A DNA stretch of 52,293 nucleotides, the filler included, from Basidiobolus ranarum (lineage: Eukaryota), in assembly GCA_040143965.1 (NCBI GenBank). It is 3 parts of 3 records of this genome, joined end to end, with 100 filler letters (N's around TTAATTAATTAA, not from the genome) between each part and the next. Parts side by side here need not be neighbours in the genome. Positions count along the whole stretch, not along the records: positions 17,535 to 34,871 come from JASJQH010000306.1; positions 34,972 to 52,293 come from JASJQH010000307.1; 1 more part is not named here. One strand, given 5' to 3'. How positions within the stretch are numbered: position 1 is the first letter of the stretch; every line of letters begins with the position of its first letter. A model generated the notes under the pieces. It was not told where the DNA came from. It made no database searches and saw only the letters and a program-made list of their open reading frames with translations. Shown here piece after piece: positions 24,663-36,068 of this stretch. A program made the position numbers and the translations under genes.

Positions 24663-26056
24663 ATGACTTTACTACCTCGAAGCTACTGGTTAATAGCCTT
24701 GGTAACTCTTTTGACAATACATAGTCGGCTATCCGCAGCTAGATTGTTTAGTGGTCAAGACCCTAGTATTGTTCAAGAAATCGTTTATGTTTTGTCCAAT
24801 TCCTCTTCCTTCAAGCCTGACAAAACTTCCAAGACGGTAAAATATTCGAAAAATATTTCATTTTTACCAGATTCCCCAGCGCCTCCCCCAGAAGGACTAC
24901 AGGTTTGTTTTCCCTCTATTCCTTTACAAGGAGTGCAATTAGCATGATTCTAATTTTTTTACATAGGGTATACTTTATTCCCAGAATGATTCTTGTGACA
25001 ACAGCCAAAACTCATTTAGTTCAAATGCTCCTGTGAACGTTACCCACATAAAGCATATAGCACTTCTTTCTCTAAATGACTGCACTCTGGAATGGAAAAT
25101 CAATAGAGCGCAACGTGACTTGGCTGTCGGTGCTATTATTTACGACGACAAACCAATAAACGTTGAAAGTTTAAAACTTCCTACTTCAATAGCCATTCCA
25201 GTTGTAATTGTATCAAGCGAAGTGGGGCAGCAACTATTTAATTCCTTAATCGCAGTCGAGACGGCTACAACACCGGTTAACACAACTTCTCATTGGAGTA
25301 AGTTCATCAACCTCACTATCCTCCCTTACCAAAGCTTTCGACCAGGCGTATGGGAACTTGCATTAATTATTGGATTGATACTAATCGCATCTTCAATCAC
25401 TATATTTGGTAATATTGCCCATCTAATTCACATCAAATTTCACTTGTACTAACATCCGGTCTTCTCTAGTAATTATTAGGTTACATAAGCGTTGGCAACG
25501 ACAAAATCACACTCATCGAAATATTGCTGAGAAAAATGAAACCACAGTTCTTGAAAAAAGTTGCCTAGATATCTTCCCCGTTCGTCAGTGGTGTAGCAAT
25601 GACTATCCTAACCGCAATACTAAAGAAACGATCTTTATCCCTATTGATGATATTCAACCTATAAGTGTAGTATCCAACCAGGGGCTGAATACTGGTCATA
25701 CTTTTGAGAATCAACCCACTTCCGCGAATCATCTATCAGGAAGTCCACCCATCCAGCATCACTTTGCCTCACAAACTCCGCTATTAGACAACACCACCTA
25801 CGCTGGTGATAGTATGTACCCAGTTTGCTCTATATGTCTCGATGATTTTTGTGAGGGAGATTTAGTCAAACGACTACCATGCCAGCATGACTTCCATTTA
25901 AAGTGTGCTGATGTATGGTTAACTACCAGATGCAACAGGTGCCCCCTCTGCAAGGCAAAAGTCCATGACGATAGTTCGTTACGCGGTAACACATCCAATC
26001 TAGAATCTGGAGCAAAATGGTACCATATTAGGCCATTTACTAGTTCTTGTCGCTAA
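24663..26056 (+). CDS. PA-TM-RING E3 ubiquitin ligase (RNF13/RMR-like), 3 exons
   Basis: Signal peptide; PA domain (HIALLSLNDCTLEWKINRAQRDLAVGAIIYD...IPVVIVS); transmembrane helix (LALIIGLILIASSITIF); RING-H2 CSICLDDF...LPCQHDFHLKCADVWL...CPLCK. Confidence 0.9.
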
Positions 26057-26409
26057 GCTGATGAGTTAATCTGTCAAAGATACTTGCATAAGCATTAAAT
26101 GCTCCCGCCAACTCACCCTGAAAATAATGTTTACATCTCTGGTACTATATAACCATACACGTAAAATAGCAGACATCCATTTACCTACAACCCTGACATT
26201 CTTTTCCACTTCCTTGAAATCCTGATCTTTTCACTACATTAGATTAGCGTGATCTGTATATATTTCAAAGCCAGTCAAAACACTGCATCCTCGATAAAAA
26301 GGCATCTTTATTTTATCCACATTTAATGATTTATGAACTACTGAGAATTCGGATATTAACTTCGAAATGGATGTATTTACTACTTGCTGAGATGATTGTG
26401 TATCAGAAG

Positions 26410-27930
26410 TTAACTCTCATCCATTTGATCTTCTTTCTTCTCACTGTCCACCTTTTCCTGAATCGCCTGGAGAAAGCCTTCTACACCTGTTTAAGAAAGT
26501 AACATCCTTGCTTAGGACTCTATATACAAACCAAAAACCAATTACGAAAAGGATGACTAACCATAAGCAGACTGATTTGGATTAAGACCGATCAGAAGAA
26601 ATTAACGAGCTGAACAAGTTAATTTGATATGAGATACAAAGAATTTACCAAGTTGGTGTAAAAGTGTGTGAAGCTGCCCTTGATTTAAAGCAGAGCTCAG
26701 AATTTGAACAGCTTGGTTGAATTGTGGACTACGAACAGTTTCGCGAAGCTCTTCATGGGTCTTTTCGACACCCTCTGGAAGAAGTTCTAGAAGATCTAAA
26801 CAGAGTGGCATCGTTATAAAAACTGAATGAAAATTCAGTTCAACTTAGTGAAAATTTTGTTACCTGAACACTTTTCTGGCTGACCCAATATCCCATGCAG
26901 GGTAGTGGAGTTGAGCACATTTGTCAAATTGATCGGAGCAGATTGTCTCGCACCTCCTGATTATTGAGAAACATGTATCGTTTAGAAAGAAAAAGTAGAA
27001 ATCAAATTTCAATACACTTACCAGGAACATTGATGCTTGATAAGAGATTGCGAAGAATTTCTTGTTGAGAGCGATTAGCATCTGGATCACTGGTAATTTG
27101 AGATGATGCTGGAACAGGGTCGCTAGCAACTTGAGGCAACGCTGGGATAAGGTCACTAAAGAAAGAGACATGTAAGCAAAAGAGCTGATTAACAGTTGCT
27201 ATCTCAACTTGTATCGTAAAACCTTTCAGTTTGATTGTTGGATCCCTCGTCGAAAGACTCGTTCTCTGATATCCCCAATAAAAATATTTTAGTAAAGGAC
27301 CTTATTATATCTAATGTAAAAAATAAAACCTTCATCAGATAAGTTCATGGGACTATTTAGTATTTCGTTAACTCGAGCTCCAAGATACTCATCGTCTTCA
27401 GAATTAATATCCTGCATCCAAAAGAATAATCGAAGTGAAGAAGATCTAAATTTGAGTAAATATACACGATCTTTAGATTCTTGTACTTTTAAGAACTCCG
27501 CTTCATCGGGGAAAATGATAAGATCCTAACGGAAAAAACAAGAAGCTTGAATAAAGATCTTTCTTCAAAAGTCACAAAAATGCCACTTACGTCTTCGATT
27601 TGGTTAGTTTTTCGATCTTTCCAAAAGAAATGCATCAAAGAATCTTCTCCCTAAAGAGTTTTTGTGAATGTTTATTAAGATTATTACTATTTTAAAAAAT
27701 ACACATAGAATATATGCTTACCTGCTGTAAATAAACAAGACTTTTTTTGAGGCGAGGGTTTCTCTTTAGTTTGGGCTCTATTAATGAAGTACAAATTATT
27801 CATAAACCTACCCTTTTCGTAAATCTGGCTTCACAATGTTAGTGGTTCCTTCACGTAAACATTTTCCCGCTTTGAACTCTACGAGGATTGTATTACTACT
27901 GGAAGCAGTAGGAAATAATGAGGTAGTCAT
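26410..27930 (-). CDS. RPN13: Proteasome ubiquitin receptor Rpn13/ADRM1, multi-exon
   Basis: LVEFKAGK...PDLRKGLVYL, DSLMHFFWKDR, DLIIFPDEAEF, RLFFWMQ (Pru domain); C-terminal VRSPQFNQAVQILSSALNQGQL and GVEGFLQAIQ (DEUBAD). Confidence 0.95.
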
Positions 27931-30384
27931 GGTGTTTGAAAGACCAGAGTGTATCCTGACGTGCAGATGATTTTTGAATATCAATGAAGAGGTACTTTTC
28001 ATGATTGGTATGTTGCATGATAAACGTCATAGGATTAACCATGATTGAGAACAATGTCAAAATTGTAGCTTTGGTTAAATAATCTTCATCCTAGCATGAT
28101 TAGGTAATCGTACTAAATTTTTATTCACGCTTATTGTAATTCATTACGAAACTCCGCTATGTTTGTTACTTTTTTTGTAGATTCCAACAACTTCGTTATG
28201 ACGCATCACTTGAAGAAAATAGGTGGGGCTCTCATTATGGGGGATATTACCCCTATTCGTTCCTCGAGAAGCAAAGGGGCTAGTTATCTTTGCAATAACA
28301 AGTTGTAAGAGTAAAAGGATCCTACTCTTTGCATATTATGTATATGGCAAGGCAATTTCGAACACTCGTGGGAACCGTGAATGATATGTTGGATTTGCAC
28401 TTTCTATCTATTGCCCGAAATAAACTTCCTTTGAGGATTGAGAGTGTGTGGATATATCTGAGATTTTAAATGAACAACGCTTCCCTTTGTGCCATCAAAA
28501 GTAAAAATTCTGCTCTTTGTACCAAGAGAATGCCATTGATCTTGGAATTGTGCTTTTAATGGTTCTATGAAAGTAACTTGGAATCCTAGCAGAGAATTGG
28601 CCTCCTATAGCTCCAGAATTAAATGATCAATGTAAAACCAACTCCACTCTCCTAGCTAATCTACATCATGTTGCATCAGAAACTAATAGCGTTGCCCACA
28701 GTGGGCGGAACAATCCAGGTTTCTCATTATTACTACTTTAATTAGATTTAAACTCTTAATCGCGAGGAGCTAAAGAAAATGTTCTCAGATGGAGGGCTTT
28801 GATCAGTTAGCAATTGTTTAAAATCCATTAAGATATTATCTCAGTTTGAGTTGATATATTTACTGCATATGGGCTAAGTAACAAGCATAACATGTTTCTT
28901 TATACCCAGCTCGGGCACTCTTCAAACGAGTTAATTTTCTCTCAAGGATGATAATGCATTTGCTCTAAAATTGAGCTTTTGCGAATCTTTGAATGTATTT
29001 TACAATGTAAGTAAAATTGGGAATTTTCAAGAATATTTAGCCCTGAGAATGTATATGAAATTGAACTGTATTTATGTTTTATAATTTGATCATATTATAG
29101 CTGTTAGCTCTTGAGCGAATACTTACCTTTTGTCTGTCAATGTTTCAAATGGATGATTTGGCCTATTGTTTAATTTTAACCATTTGGAGTTTAAAGAACA
29201 GAATTTATATTGAAGCAAAAGGCGCAATTGGAATGCGAGAGGCTAAACGTCCATGAATAAGATTTTAAACTTGTAGAATATCAGACATTAGAAATGCTAT
29301 ACTTTTCTTAGAAACCTTATCTGGAATAATTCAAAATAGATGTTTCAATTCTGACTTGAGAAATATTCAGCAAAGAAGCATTAAATATATTAAACATAAT
29401 ATATGAAAATTTAGATATTTAACTCTAATATTCAACAGTCAACCAGCATATTAGGTTTTTCAACATCTAAAGTACTATAGTGGCATTTCTTGATTGCTGA
29501 CTTTCTGAACACTCTTGTGTTCGGGAGTACAATATCAACTCTATATTAAATTAGACTCGTGTTACAGCCTCCACAGTTGGGTCATAGATATTTGCCATCC
29601 TATGATTCAGTTTGAAATTTTCGGTCACGCTTTCTGCGGTTACACGGATAAATTGACAAATTGGTTAAGCTGCGAAGTTTTCAAATTTACCAATGAGGTT
29701 TGGATAGTTGATATAGCTAAATGGCCAATGAATTCTAACACCACGTCAGTTTTTAGAGCACGCATTGGTCACAACAGGGTAGGTTTAACTTGGAATGAAA
29801 ATAACTATTGTGACCACAGTTGGAGAAACCTCATGCATTACATAGAGCACTTGGCTATGATTCACCATCATGCATAATACGTCGCAGATTTGCTCTTTCG
29901 ACTATGTTCCTGGGTAAATTAAGAGCGCTCATTGCTTATTAAGGTTTGCTACGTGGTTAAGAGAAATATTCTTCCAGGCCAATACTCTCGTGCTCACAGA
30001 TGCTGGGCTGAGATTTAAGCGTAATCTGAGGTCCAATTGTTAAGAAGCACGTAGAGTTAGCTCACTTTAGGCAACTACTTTGTAGCAGATTAGGCACCCT
30101 ATCTCACATCTCTATATAGATAAAACTTCAAATAAACAAATGTGGAAGTATCTTGATTGGCTAGACTCGACTAGAAGACAAAAGTCACTTGCCTACTGCA
30201 TGTCCGATTATTAAGAATGTCTATTTGTCGGTGATAGCTAAAACCAATAAAACATAAAATCTGTCGGCCATTGATTTGTTTATGTGACATGTGTTACAAT
30301 TTAGTAAAATGGCGCTCAGGCATAAATTCAAACAATCTGCATCTTATAAAAGGCTACTCCGTCTACTGTGAAAATACTATTACT

Positions 30385-32418
30385 ATGCCAATGATACCTA
30401 CCTACTACTCTATTGAACAATCCGATTCTCCTACAGTACCTGGCGAAGGAAAGGTACTTGGATAATTTTTAGACTTCCATTTACTGAATATTCTTATACT
30501 AATCCTTTAACAGCCTCGACGTCATTATACTATCCAAGATGGCTCAATGGTAGGTGCACCTTCCGGTATAAATTCACTTCATGATGCATTTATCAGAGGT
30601 GTGAACATTTCCCGCAACGAACCCTGTCTCGGCTATCGAAGGATGGTCAACGATATTGCTGGACCATACAAATGGTATACCTACCAAGAGGTTCTAGTAA
30701 GAATGACCAATCTTGCGGCAGGGCTCTATCACCTTGGATTAAGAGCCCGTGAGCCCTTGGGTCTATTCGCCATTAATAGAACAGAATGGGTACTAGCCGA
30801 AAAAGCAGCATACCTGCAAAATTTCGTTTCAGTGCCACTGTACGACACGTTAGGTTCAACTGCGATTGAATTCATCATAAATCAGACCGAGATGACGATT
30901 GTGTTTGCTACCAGAGATAAAGCTGAGATATTACTATCTATGAAAGGGAAAATACCAACCTTGAAAAAGATAGTTTTGATGGATCAGATAGACGAGAAAT
31001 TAATGTTGCTTGCTTCGGATGTATCGGTGGATATCATTTCCATTGTACAAGTTGAGGAAAAAGGTACGAGTAATCCTGTAGAAGGCTCACCACCCCATTT
31101 GGATGACATAGTTACAATATCTTACACCAGTGGCACGACTGGTGTCCCAAAGGGAGTAGTTTTAACCCATCGAAATTTCTTAACCGAGTTCGAATCATTC
31201 GAGCATTTGGCAAGGGAGGATTTGCTTTTTAAACTCAATAGCGATACCGTTCACCTATCCTACCTTCCGCTTGCCCATGTATTTGAGCGTATCGTGCAAA
31301 ACTATGTAATGTATCACGGAGGAAGGATCGGGTTTTATCAAGGAAACCCGTTGGCACTTTTGGATGATGCCGAGGAGCTTAAACCAACTATATTTATTAG
31401 CGTTCCTCGGTTGTACAATCGTATTTATGACAAGGTAATGTCAGGAGTTAAGGAGAAAGGAAGATTATCGAGATACTTGTTTAAGAAGGCTTACAAAACG
31501 AAAGAAGCTAATCTTAAGCATGGTGTAGTAACTCACTGGTTTTGGGATCGACTGGTTTTTCGAAAGATTCGGAGTAAGTTGGGTGGTCGAGCGGATACTA
31601 TGGTTACAGCTGCCGCGCCAATTCTACCCGAGGTACTCGATTTTCTGCGTATTTGTTTCTCTTGTAATGTGTACGAGGGATATGGACAGACTGAAGCCTC
31701 GGGTGCAATCACTGCTACTTCGAAAGGTGACCTTCAGCCTGGAAGCACTGGACCGCCACTGCCCGGTTGCGAAATAAAGTTAGTAGATATTCCAAGTATG
31801 GGATATTCAAGTCAAGACCAGCCCTTCCCTCGAGGAGAGGTATGTGTTCGTGGAGGTCTTGTTTTCCAAGAGTACTACAAATCTCCTGAGAAGACTGCAG
31901 AGGTAGTGGACGCTGATGGATGGTGTCACACCGGAGATGTAGGAAAGTGGGATGAACGTGGTCGACTAGTCATAATAGATAGAGTAAAAAATATTTTCAA
32001 ATTGGCGCAAGGAGAGTACATCGCACCCGAAAGAATTGAAAATATCTATACAAAACACGAACTTGTTGCACAATCATTTGTGTATGGCGACTCTTTACAG
32101 GCATACTTAGTTGCTATTATTGTCCCTGATGAAGAATCAATTCAGGCGTTGGGTAAAGAGAAACATGCGGCCGATACCTCAGTAGAAGATCTCTGTCAGT
32201 CTAAAGAAATACAAGCGCATTATCTGGAGAAAATTCGTAAATTTGGCATTCAACAAGGCCTCAAGGGATTTGAGAATATCCGTAATTTACGACTTTCTGC
32301 TGAACCCTTTACGGTTGATAATAATTTACTCACTCCAACATTCAAACTGAAACGAAATGAAGCCAAACAGAAATTTGAAGCGGAAATTGGAAGCATGTAT
32401 CTTGAAATTGGAAGCTAG
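30385..32418 (+). CDS. Long-chain fatty acyl-CoA synthetase (ACSL/Faa2-like), intron 30454-30513
   Basis: YTSGTTGVPKG, SYLPLAHVFER, EGYGQTE, GWCHTGDVG, IIDRVKNIFKLAQGEYIAPE and LLTPTFKLKR; TATAAAA about 35 nt upstream of the ATG. Confidence 0.96.
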
Positions 32419-34871
32419 TTGTTAGAAGATTTACTATTTGATAGATATTAACAAAATAGTAAAACTAATAATAGTTAGCATAAGATTAATCAAATAACTG
32501 ATGTATTTTCTTGACTTGAAATCCAGCTGGTACACATAATATTTATACACTTGCATTTGAAACATATGATATTACTATCGAAATTATCGCAATTACTATG
32601 TTATGAAACTATAAAATATACAGTCAACAGTAGTCGTACATTTCGTGAAATCACAGCCCTTAAAACATCTGGGCCCAAACCTCCAAACTCAAACTCACCA
32701 CATGGCATTACTCAAAGTAGTGAGAAAAACCTTAGTATCACATATTCCGATTGTATGTAATTAGAATTCACCCAGTAGTAATCAGCGTTGTGTTTTTTGA
32801 ATATATATATTCATTAGAATCCTAAATTACTTCGGACAATGAAGAAGGCCAAAGATTCCATTCAGAAATTGGTGATGTTTTTCTCCAGCGCCCGATTTAC
32901 AAAGTTCGAAGATCTTAGGAATTTAATGGTCTGCCTTGAGGTGAGCTAGGAAAAGATGTAGCCATAGAGTCAGGATCTGCTATTAAACTATATCGAAGTA
33001 TTTATTCTCTGTTCAGAATCTCAATTGCTTGCATATAACACTCTTATTAGGACCAGGGAAAGTATATACTCAGACAAATCTCCTGAAATTTCATGTAAAA
33101 AAACCTAATTGATGCGTATCTGTGTAATTGGGATTATGTTCAAATACTTTCAGCTGAGATACACGATAGCCACCATCAATGTCTTCTACATGAGGGTATA
33201 AGTGGATGACAGATGCTTCTTGTTTAGTATTACTAACTGATTTTTGCGAGCAATAGAGAATGATAACCATCTCGGGCCGTAAAGGATTAACCCGAGGATA
33301 TCCGGTATACCACGAGAGGTATTTTGGACAAAAAGATAGTGGATTAACTGTAGTACTTTTACTTCGCTATATTATTATCAATATTTGCGATTTCGGCTAT
33401 TCCAAATAAATCATTTGTACATAGTAACTTGATAGATTGATGACTCTGGTATCGGAAGTTATATTCCAATAGGGCCTAACTGCCTATGTCCCATTTCTGG
33501 TTTACACGATCAGTAAGAGGCTGACAAGTGGTGCGACTTTGCCTCAATTGTAGGAGTTTCATTGTAAGCTGCATTCTTAATATAACAAGCACGTTTTTGT
33601 CGAATGAGTCCAGGACGAACTTTTAGGTTGGCCAGGTTTTGGTGTGAGATTATGGAGAGGCTGACTCAATTGTGAACTTGGCACCTACAAACTTGAAACT
33701 CTAGGTCATTGGTTAATAAATAGAAAATTCTTGGACCTCAATCTGCGATAACTAGTTTTTCGTTGTGACTCTGATAGATAGGGCTTTTGAGGTTGAAAGA
33801 GTTACAATATGGTTACTCCACCTTAACAAGCGGGTGTTTTTGTTGCCGTCGTTGCTGGACTGAATTTATCGTAGAGTATTGGTATTTCAGTTAATGGCTA
33901 TAAAATCAGGAGGTATTTGTCATCAGGTAGCCTGACGGTGTGGGCTGATATGTGCGACCAACAGAGAAATGCTAGTGTAACAAAAAAGCTGAGACGAAGA
34001 TAGAAAATTACTAACATTCCTGTGTTAGTTATGTGATACGAATTAATTTAGCCATTCCTCTAATTCAGTGTTAGATCAGTCCGTTGTGGTATCCGTTTGA
34101 AATTGTGTTTGTTTGTGATCATGACGAGTCACTCTTTTGTATTGTTAGTTGTATAACATATATAATATTAGTGTCTACTAAAAAAGAACTGACTCTAATA
34201 ATCATGACTATATGATATATATTCACATTTTCAATATTATCCTCGGATTTTGGGCACCGTGACTGCTAATTACTGAAAACCGTTCTAGTAATCTAGTTTA
34301 GGAAATGTATTAGCAAGTAGAAATCTGAAAGTATTTTCCTCAAACGATTTAGCCTTTTTTACTGGTGTGAGTTCAGAACGATAATGAGCGAGGAGTGAGT
34401 TTAGCATTTGACTTGCGATTTATTGGGGCTCTTTCTCAGATCAAATATTGTACAAATGTAAGGCATGTTTCCGCATTCACGTTGTTCCTTTAAATAGTTT
34501 CGTAAAGCGTAGTTATGGGACTTTTTTTGAAAAAAACTCATATTTCAAGACGGAAAATTGAAATGGTTGATTATATTGAAATCAGGTTTAACTTGTCTTC
34601 AAAATCGTAACAGAATTGGGAAAAAACAATTCGAACTTATATAGCAAGATTTAACAAATATAAATAAAAATGAAGTCAAAAAACATACGTAAAAATTTTA
34701 CAGGTGATGAAAGTCAGATTCTCAGGCAATATAAACTCGTCACACTAAACATATGTGCTCAAAAATCGAACAGAAAATGGCACATGGAATATTGCAGCTT
34801 CGAAAGAACGTATAAGTGCTTCCTTACTTAATTTGTGAAGAACATTGGATGTTCAAAATATCCGTGTGCCT

Positions 34872-34971
34872 NNNNNNNNNNNNNNNNNNNNNNNNNNNNN
34901 NNNNNNNNNNNNNNNTTAATTAATTAANNNNNNNNNNNNNNNNNNNNNNNNNNNNNNNNNNNNNNNNNNNN
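34872..34971. other. Artificial contig linker (N44-TTAATTAATTAA-N44)
   Basis: Same structure as 17435-17534; it cuts RPL2 mid-CDS and no RPL2 C-terminus appears on the other side. Confidence 0.97.
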
Positions 34972-35553
34972 GGTACGCTTAACTCTGTATTTGTGGTCGG
35001 CACGACCAGCCTTGAGTAAAGGTTTGTCGATACGACCACCACCAGCAACGATACCAATAGTGGCACGGCAAGTAGATTGGATGATCTTCTTGGAACCAGA
35101 AGGAAGCTTGACTCTGGTCTTACCATCATCGTGGTTGTGGGAAATGATGGTAGCATAGTTACCAGAGGCACGAGCAATAGCACCGCGATCACCAACAGTC
35201 TCTTCAATGTTGCAAATAATGGTACCCTCGGGCATGGCAGAAAGGGGAAGAACGTTGCCAACAGTCAAAGCAGCCTTCTTACCACAGTAGACAAACTGAC
35301 CAGTGTACATACCCTCAGTAGCGATGAAGGTTTGGGTGTGGGTCTTGTATCTGTAAGGATCACGGAATTGAACCTTAGCGAGAGGAGCACCACGTCCGGG
35401 GTCATGGATGATTTCCTTGACGCTACCACGGATGTAACCGTTGCGTTCAGCAAAATCTAAAGGACGAAGCTGGGCAGCACCTTTTCTAAGTCTAGTGTGG
35501 GACTTGAAGATTCCTCCGGGACCTTTTCTCTGAGCACGAATTACGCGACCCAT
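34972..35553 (-). CDS. RPL2: 60S ribosomal protein L2/L8 (uL2), 3'-truncated at the contig end
   Basis: [11 protein letters not shown]...[10 protein letters not shown]...[19 protein letters not shown]. Confidence 0.98.
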
Positions 35554-35571
35554 TTTCAACTACTAAGTTTC

Positions 35572-35684
35572 CTATATTCATGATGCAAATGAAATAGTCA
35601 GTGTGTGTGTCTAAAGTGACTAATGGCAAGATGATTTGGATGGATGAACCGATTCTTAAATGATTCTATAGAAAATCTACTCAC
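35572..35684 (-). other. 5' UTR intron of RPL2 (113 nt)
   Basis: ATCG|GTGAGT...CTGAC...ATATAG| ending 18 nt upstream of the ATG. Confidence 0.7.
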
Positions 35685-36068
35685 CGATTAAACCGTTGAG
35701 TGAGTGGAAGAGGGGGTAAACATCATAATACCCGTCTTTTGTGCCTTGATTGAGCCGTAATTCTTGATTGGCTGTGCCTGACTGATGTCAATTTTTCTCT
35801 GCTCAGCCTGGGATACGGATTTCATGGCTTGAAGGTAATATTTATTATCATCAAAAATATCAAAAATCTTCGGCAACATTATTGATGGACATTTCTTAGA
35901 AAAATCATAGGTAACATTACACATTTTATTACATCTAAAGCAACGTTAAAAATAAATCAAGAAAATGTGTCTCAAATAGAAGTGCAGGTATGGTGAGATG
36001 GGTAGGCGTTTTGAAAACTAGAATGTACATACAAAGAATAGCCAAACGACAGGATGCTCGCTGGATTT

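Noticed and set aside
28180..30300. Short ORFs in the RPN13-ACSL intergenic region, including 29515-29877
   Set aside because: No homology or consistent splice structure.
32839..33100. Exon-like MKKAKDSIQKLVMFFSSARFTKFEDLRNLMVCLE followed by a GTGAG donor
   Set aside because: Could not be extended into a coherent gene; may be a remnant but is unsupported.
34972..35005. RPL2 reads [11 protein letters not shown] instead of the usual RAYHKYRVKRN
   Set aside because: Both single-base changes lie within about 30 nt of a contig end, so low-quality base calls are the likeliest cause.
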